Under the pieces are notes generated by a model. The model was not told the origin of the DNA. It ran no database searches and saw only the letters and a program-made list of their open reading frames with translations. A stretch of DNA of 64,000 nt from positions 1 through 64,000 of the forward strand of contig JAWLHB010000005.1 of assembly GCA_041690595.1 (NCBI GenBank). The letters are read 5' to 3'. Numbering within the stretch: position 1 is the first letter of the stretch; every line of letters starts with the position of its first letter. Source of the DNA: Lentisphaeria bacterium (GTDB lineage: Bacteria > Verrucomicrobiota > Lentisphaeria > JABSQK01 > JAWLHB01). This document shows positions 58,839 to 64,000 of the stretch, piece after piece. Made by a program: the position numbers and the translations under genes.

Positions 58839-60359
58839 TTACGCCCAGAAGTAGACCGCGTCGGCGATGATCTCCTTGCGGGCCCGGTGGTTGTCCATGA
58901 TCCACTCGCGCCGCCAGACGCCGCGCATGTCGCCCGAGGCCAGGTCGCCCATGTAGAGGGCGTCCTCTTCGTCGGTGGGCGCGGAGAACGCGAGTCCCGC
59001 GGGCGCGATGCTCTCCCCGGCGGGGTTCTCGAACTGGTCGCTGCCGTCGGGCGCATCGAGGGCCAGGTCGATGTCGGGCATGACCTGGAGGTGATCCCCG
59101 GCGCTCCAGTTGGCGGCGACGTGGTCACGCAGCCCCTTCACGTCCACGCCGTTGGCCAGGGCGAAGACGATGCCGGAGTTCTGCAGGTTCTCGTTGTCGA
59201 CGAAGTCGCCGGTGACGGTGGAGAGGCAGAGGTAGCCCGCCGCGTCGGACGTGCCCCAGCTCCCGGAGTTGACCTGGATGGAGACCACGCGCCCGGTCGC
59301 CCCGGAGGCGGCCCCGTCGATCATGTCTCCGATGGAGGGCTCGTTGGTGCCGTTGTCGAAGGCGACCCTGGTCCAGTCGCTGGCCGCCTCGCAGTACAGC
59401 GTCGGGCCGGAGCGGTACTTCACATAACGGCAGTCTCCCGCGCCTGCGTTCACGTCGGTGTTCCTGACCCAGAACGAGCGGCCCGGCCAGTCCGCGCCAC
59501 CGTCGATGTCGATGGTGCCCGCGTCCGGCGTCAGGCTCTGCCCGGCGGCGATGGTGGTGGTCAGGCCGCCTGGACTGACCGTGTGGACGCACAGATCGAC
59601 CATGGTGTCGGCGGGATCGGTGTTGCGGCACACCTCCAGGCGATAGCGGATTTTGCCTTCGCCGCCGGTCTCGTAGCCCTCGTAGTCCGGGCAGAAGTAC
59701 CCGCGCGGATAGGCGAGCGTGAACACCTCCTGGGCGTTGGCTCCGGGCAGACTCGCGTTCACGACGTCGACGATGATGTAGCCCTGGTCGTCGGCCGCAT
59801 GGATCGCCTCGCCGGTCACATCAGCGGAGACATCGAGAGCCGGGCCCGGACTGCCCGCCGCGCCGACCTGGACGGTGATCTCTTGGCGGCTCTGGTCGTA
59901 ATCGATGTAGAGATCGTTCGCGCCGAGCCGGGCGGAGGCCTTGTGGATGGTCAGCCCGGTGATGTTGGCGCAGGCGACGGGCGTGAACTCGGGCATGTCG
60001 CCGCCCACGACCATGCCGAAGGTTTCCCGGCCGGACCGGCGGTTGCCGCCCAGCGCCAGGCGGAAGGTGTCCCCGGCCTGGGGCACGGCGGGCAGGTCGC
60101 GCGACAGGGTCAGCGTGTCGGTGCCGCCGTCGAAGGTCTGGACGTGGAAGACCGCGCCCTGCAGTTCCGGCGTAGGCGTGTCGGGGTCGAACCAGCCGAC
60201 CGCCCCGTCCCAGTAGCCGGACGCCTCGGTGAGCGCGGCGTCCACGAGCGTGCGCACGGTGGCGCTGTCGACCGTGTACTGGTTCAGGGCGTTGCCGTCG
60301 GCGGTGAGGTAGCGCGAGGCATAGAAGGTTCTGAGTTTGTCTGCGGTTGGGGTAGGCAT
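58839..60359 (-). CDS. Phage tail-associated structural protein
   Basis: 506 aa, acidic Gly/Thr/Asp-rich beta-type composition; AGGAG RBS; in the tail cluster. Confidence 0.6.
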   Translation of the reverse strand: MPTPTADKLRTFYASRYLTADGNALNQYTVDSATVRTLVDAALTEASGYWDGAVGWFDPDTPTPELQGAVFHVQTFDGGTDTLTLSRDLPAVPQAGDTFRLALGGNRRSGRETFGMVVGGDMPEFTPVACANITGLTIHKASARLGANDLYIDYDQSRQEITVQVGAAGSPGPALDVSADVTGEAIHAADDQGYIIVDVVNASLPGANAQEVFTLAYPRGYFCPDYEGYETGGEGKIRYRLEVCRNTDPADTMVDLCVHTVSPGGLTTTIAAGQSLTPDAGTIDIDGGADWPGRSFWVRNTDVNAGAGDCRYVKYRSGPTLYCEAASDWTRVAFDNGTNEPSIGDMIDGAASGATGRVVSIQVNSGSWGTSDAAGYLCLSTVTGDFVDNENLQNSGIVFALANGVDVKGLRDHVAANWSAGDHLQVMPDIDLALDAPDGSDQFENPAGESIAPAGLAFSAPTDEEDALYMGDLASGDMRGVWRREWIMDNHRARKEIIADAVYFWA

Positions 60360-60377
60360 CGTGTGTTTCTCCTGTGA

Positions 60378-60953
60378 CTATGGGTTGACGGTGATCTCGA
60401 ACAGGCCGGGGCTCGTGCCGTCGGCGATCTCGATTCGGGACGGGAGTTCGGGCGGCTCCACGGTGAAGCAGCGCCAGGCGCGGCGGGTGGATTCGTTGCC
60501 GTATTCGTCGACGGCCTCCACCCGCAGGAAATGCCAGACGCCGCCGACACCGTTCAGCTCGACAGGCGCATCGATGCTGATGGGCAGTCCCCGGAAGTCG
60601 CTGGCAGCGCGGTCGAACACGCGCCGTTCGCTGCCGTTCCCCTCCCGGTGATAGAGCCGGTAGCGCTGCGCGCCGGGGAGCGGGTTCCATTGGATCGTGG
60701 GCATCGTGGTCGGCGTCTCGAAGACCGGCGTCGCGATCTCCTCCGGCGGCATGTCGTGGACTTCCACAGACAGGCATTCGCCGGTGGCCAGCGGCACGGG
60801 CACGGAGCGCTCGACCGTGTCGAGCAGCAGCGGCCCGTAGAGCTTGACGCCGTTGACGAACACCCAGCTTTCCAGGGCGGCGTCGGCGCTCGTCCAGGAG
60901 AGCAGGCTCTGGCGCGCGCCGTCGGCGATCAGGTTGGTGTGTTCGTTCAGCAT
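60378..60953 (-). CDS. Phage hypothetical protein, FN3-like
   Basis: IQWNP.PGA..YRLY...RVEAVDEYGNES pattern. Confidence 0.6.
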   Translation of the reverse strand: MLNEHTNLIADGARQSLLSWTSADAALESWVFVNGVKLYGPLLLDTVERSVPVPLATGECLSVEVHDMPPEEIATPVFETPTTMPTIQWNPLPGAQRYRLYHREGNGSERRVFDRAASDFRGLPISIDAPVELNGVGGVWHFLRVEAVDEYGNESTRRAWRCFTVEPPELPSRIEIADGTSPGLFEITVNP

Positions 60954-61702
60954 CAGCGGTAATCCTCGTAGAGGTTGCAGGTCAGGTTCAGCCAGCGTTC
61001 ACCGCCGAAGCGGTATTCCCGCCAGGGGATGCGCGGCAGCGGAGCAAGCGGATCGGGGGTGAAGGTCCCGCCGTCGTCGAGCCACTGCTCGAATGGATCG
61101 ATGCCGGGGGTCATCGTCGAGCGGGTCATCGAGCCGGACGAGTCGATGCAGATCAGCACCTCGCGCGGATGCGGCAGCGTCGGATCGCCCTTGCAGTCCT
61201 CGTAAGCGGTCACCAACTCGGTGGCCGACGGGTTGCGGCTGATCGTGCTGTACCCGATCTCCGGCGGGCAGGTCCGGTCCGGCGGGATGATGTCCAGCGT
61301 CGGATGGCCCGCAACCTTGTGGACGGCGGCGAAGTCCGGCGGCCCGTTGGCGGTCACCAGGTTGTTCCAGCGCACCACGTCCGCGTCCCAGTTGGCCTGG
61401 CCATAGGTGGGGTTGTAGCTGTTGAAGTAGACCGAACTGGCCTCGTCGATGAAGATCAGGATCATGCCGGGGGCCATGCCGCCCTTGAGCGGCACGACCA
61501 CCGAATCCGCCGCCATGGCGATGGGCCCGGACTGATCGCGCTTGGTCATCGAGGCGACCTTGAGCGCCACGTCCACGCCGTCGGCGGCCATTCCGGCGAT
61601 GGTGAGCATGCCGGACTTCGAGGGCGAACCGAGCCGGTAGGCGACGATGTTGCCGTCGACGCCCATCAGCGGGACCAGTGTGCTGCCTGATTTGATGGGC
61701 AT
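60953..61702 (-). CDS. Phage protein with vWA/MIDAS-like motif
   Basis: VLICIDSSGSM (DxSxS); tightly spaced with neighbours. Confidence 0.55.
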   Translation of the reverse strand: MPIKSGSTLVPLMGVDGNIVAYRLGSPSKSGMLTIAGMAADGVDVALKVASMTKRDQSGPIAMAADSVVVPLKGGMAPGMILIFIDEASSVYFNSYNPTYGQANWDADVVRWNNLVTANGPPDFAAVHKVAGHPTLDIIPPDRTCPPEIGYSTISRNPSATELVTAYEDCKGDPTLPHPREVLICIDSSGSMTRSTMTPGIDPFEQWLDDGGTFTPDPLAPLPRIPWREYRFGGERWLNLTCNLYEDYR

Positions 61703-61704
61703 GG

Positions 61705-62736
61705 TCAGGCCTCCGGGATCACGTCGAGGGTGAAGGACGATCCCACCATGCCGCCGTTGCTATCGACATGGCGGACGCTGATGGTGTGGGAATAGGTGTT
61801 CTCGTCGCTGACCGCTTTCAGGACGGGCGGCACGCCGGAGTAACGGGCGTAGGCGTAGTAGCCGCTGGCATACTCGGTGCCCATGACCAGGAACCCGAAG
61901 CGGTTGGCGGTGAGCGACCACGAGCCGTTGCGGGTGCCGATGAAGTCGCCGGGACCGAGGGCGCTGGTGTCCACGCGGAAGCGCATCACGTCCCCGATCC
62001 GCAGGGCGGCGGTCTCGCCCTCCGGCAGGTCCGGGCCGGTGTAGGCGATCACCTGGAGGCGGCTGTCGCCGTCGGGCTTCTTGACCCGCACCTTCCAGGG
62101 CTCGCCCGTGCTCGAGTCGATCATGCAGGCGTAGCCGTCCCGGATCGTTTCGCCGCTGGCGTTCTCGATCAGCAGCCGGGGCGCGTCGTTGACCGGAAAA
62201 TGCACGACCGCCCACTTCTCGCCCGTTCCCGCCTGCTTCCAGAGGATGCGGCAGGAACCGGTCCAGCCGCTGCGCTGTTTGGCGGTCAGGGTCGGGTTGG
62301 GATCAGCGTAGTCGTGTGCCTCGACCGTGACGTCGAGCTTCACCGGCGTCACGCCGAAGAGCATGGCGTGGCCGACCTTGCCGTCCTTCAGCGGCTCCTG
62401 GAGCACCACGTAGCGGCACTCGTGGCGATTGGCGACGGCGATGTCGGCAAAGAGCTTCACGTCGAAGACGGGCGCGCGGGTGCGGAAGCGTTGCTCGCTG
62501 GCGGGATCGTCCGGGCGGATGGCCAGGTCGTCGATCCACAGCGTCGAGAACTGGTTCTGGTCGGCCCCGGACTGGTTGCGCACCAGGACGATGCCCTGCC
62601 GGTAGGTGCTCAGCATAGACCGCGCGCCGAAGCTGTTCTGGCGCTGGCGATGGTCCATGGCGGCATCGACGAAGGCATTCCAGTCATCGGCCCGGGGCCG
62701 GAAGCTCTGTCCGCTGGCGACTTTCTTGAGGGTCAT
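61705..62736 (-). CDS. Phage tail-region protein
   Basis: MTLKKV..G......A..WNAFVDAA, VRN.SG, ILWK..GTG.KWAVV, a pattern recalled from PVC prophage tail clusters; AGGAGG RBS. Confidence 0.65.
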   Translation of the reverse strand: MTLKKVASGQSFRPRADDWNAFVDAAMDHRQRQNSFGARSMLSTYRQGIVLVRNQSGADQNQFSTLWIDDLAIRPDDPASEQRFRTRAPVFDVKLFADIAVANRHECRYVVLQEPLKDGKVGHAMLFGVTPVKLDVTVEAHDYADPNPTLTAKQRSGWTGSCRILWKQAGTGEKWAVVHFPVNDAPRLLIENASGETIRDGYACMIDSSTGEPWKVRVKKPDGDSRLQVIAYTGPDLPEGETAALRIGDVMRFRVDTSALGPGDFIGTRNGSWSLTANRFGFLVMGTEYASGYYAYARYSGVPPVLKAVSDENTYSHTISVRHVDSNGGMVGSSFTLDVIPEA

Positions 62737-62749
62737 GGCCGCATCCTCC

Positions 62750-63559
62750 TTATATCCCCAGGCTGCCGAAGTTGGTGCCGTAGTAGACCTTCTCGATGTA
62801 GACGGCCACCGGCTTCTTCACGACCTGCTTGACGGTGTCGTCCACCTCGTCGGCATAGCGGACCCACATGTAGTCCCAGCCCAGTTTGGTGGCGACGGAG
62901 ATGCCGCCGACGGTGAAGCTCGAACGGTTCGGCGAGACGGCGAAGCGGTAGGTGATCTCCCAGAGGTCGTCGCGACCGTCCCCGCGGCGGACGCCGCTCG
63001 CGCCGAGGAACAGGACCTCGCCGGGATCGAAGCCCCGGAACGCGTCGTTGTTGTACATGCCGGTCTTGCGGGCCAGGCGGGCGCGGAAGGTCTCGGTCAC
63101 CGTCGTGCGCGGCAGGAAGTGGGTCTCGGTGAAGTTGTAGACCGGCTGGATGATATCGACGCCCACCACGTTGTCGCCGTCGTAGCCGACGGCCCCCTCG
63201 TAGTCCGGAGCGCTGGCCGGGTAGCGGTTGCGGGTCGAGATCGACTGGGTGATGTGCTGGGTGCCGCCGCCGGTGTCGAAGGTGTAGACCGTCTCGGGAT
63301 CGTCGCCATCCTCGGTGGTGTTGTGCTGCTGGTAGCGGACGATGACCTTGAAGGTGTCCTCGTTGATCCGCTCCTCGACCTCGACGGCGTCCCGGCGCAG
63401 GCCGCTGAACCACTCGCTGCTGGTGCCGTGAACGGCCAGGATCGCATCGTCCTCGTCCAGCGCGTCGAAGACGAAATACGGCACGTCGGCGGTGACGTAG
63501 TTGCCGTAGTTGTTCATCGACTGCGTGCGGTCGAAGAATGCCTGTTCCACTCGGGCCAT
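62750..63559 (-). CDS. Phage tail protein following the tape measure gene
   Basis: FDTGGGTQHITQS, GEVLFLGASG, WEITYRFA.SPN, K.GWDY.WVRY. Confidence 0.7.
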   Translation of the reverse strand: MARVEQAFFDRTQSMNNYGNYVTADVPYFVFDALDEDDAILAVHGTSSEWFSGLRRDAVEVEERINEDTFKVIVRYQQHNTTEDGDDPETVYTFDTGGGTQHITQSISTRNRYPASAPDYEGAVGYDGDNVVGVDIIQPVYNFTETHFLPRTTVTETFRARLARKTGMYNNDAFRGFDPGEVLFLGASGVRRGDGRDDLWEITYRFAVSPNRSSFTVGGISVATKLGWDYMWVRYADEVDDTVKQVVKKPVAVYIEKVYYGTNFGSLGI

Positions 63560-63573
63560 CGTTCACATTTCTC

Positions 63574-64000
63574 CTACAGGAAGGCCAGGCCGGAGTCGTT
63601 CTGCTCGTCCAGCTTCTGGTTGGTTCGTTTCTGCTGCCGGACCATCTCGGCGGTGTTGGCCGCGACGGTGTCCGAGGCACCGGCGGCGGCCAGGGCCCGC
63701 AGGTCCGACAGGTTGAATGCGCCCTGTACCTCGATCCTGCCGCCCGCCCCGGCAACGGCGGGCGCGGCGGCCCGGACGCGGTCGATCAGGGCTTCGATGC
63801 GGCTGGCGTCGGGCTTGCCGGATTCCCCGTCGCGAGCCTCGCCCCGCTTGCGAGAGGCCTCGGCAATGGCCGCTTTCCACTCGCCTCTGGCGTCGGCCAG
63901 CGCCTGTGCGGAGGCCTTCAGATCGGCGGCGGCCTTTTCGTCGAGCGCGGAACGCTCGGCTTCGGCGGCCGCATCCGTGTCATGTCGCGCCTGCTCCATC
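63574..64000 (-). CDS. C-terminal part of a probable tail tape measure protein (runs off the window)
   Basis: Ala-rich helical sequence ending VQGAFN...A.NT...RTN..L; located upstream of the tail genes. Confidence 0.6.
   Translation of the reverse strand, partial: MEQARHDTDAAAEAERSALDEKAAADLKASAQALADARGEWKAAIAEASRKRGEARDGESGKPDASRIEALIDRVRAAAPAVAGAGGRIEVQGAFNLSDLRALAAAGASDTVAANTAEMVRQQKRTNQKLDEQNDSGLAFL

Larger units (their letters stand above)
49629..64000 (-). mobile_element. Prophage-like region (tail module + amidoligase module); continues beyond the window and may include the cargo down to ~15 kb
   Basis: Co-directional tail-like genes followed by amidoligase-GATase-GGCT, a known phage-associated module; no integrase in the window. 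Confidence 0.7.

Overview
High-GC bacterial DNA, probably from a PVC-superphylum organism (Lentisphaerae/Planctomycetes-like, inferred from a prepilin-type/H-X9-DG gene and its neighbours). Nearly all genes are on the minus strand. Left to right: (1) 0.2-8.6 kb, a GntR-regulated putative carbohydrate-utilisation locus with glycoside-hydrolase-like proteins and a prepilin/DUF1559-like protein. (2) 8.8-15.2 kb, a decayed zone with two AbiEi antitoxins whose AbiEii toxins are both truncated, a secreted double alpha/beta-hydrolase, and a possible element end with a tandem terminator. (3) 15.3-40.8 kb, a ~25 kb co-directional defence island: HTH, type I R-M with four embedded genes (helicase-nuclease, HEPN, DUF4062, Schlafen/AlbA), M48 peptidase, an HsdR remnant, Lamassu/ABC-3C, and a nuclease-STAND-TPR + 'DPLG' protein + PLD trio. 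(4) 41.1-49.6 kb, a visibly lower-GC six-gene operon (ABC binding protein, B12 radical SAM, fused permease-ATPase, methyltransferase, soluble histidine kinase, sigma54 activator) preceded by a near-consensus sigma54 promoter and tandem palindromic enhancer-like sites. This looks like a self-activating small-molecule sensing/modification circuit and is the best candidate for an undescribed system. (5) 49.6-64 kb, a prophage-like region: GGCT/GATase/amidoligase module carrying palindromic insertions, a triple-LamG protein and tail genes. All calls come from reading motifs by eye; no database searches were run.
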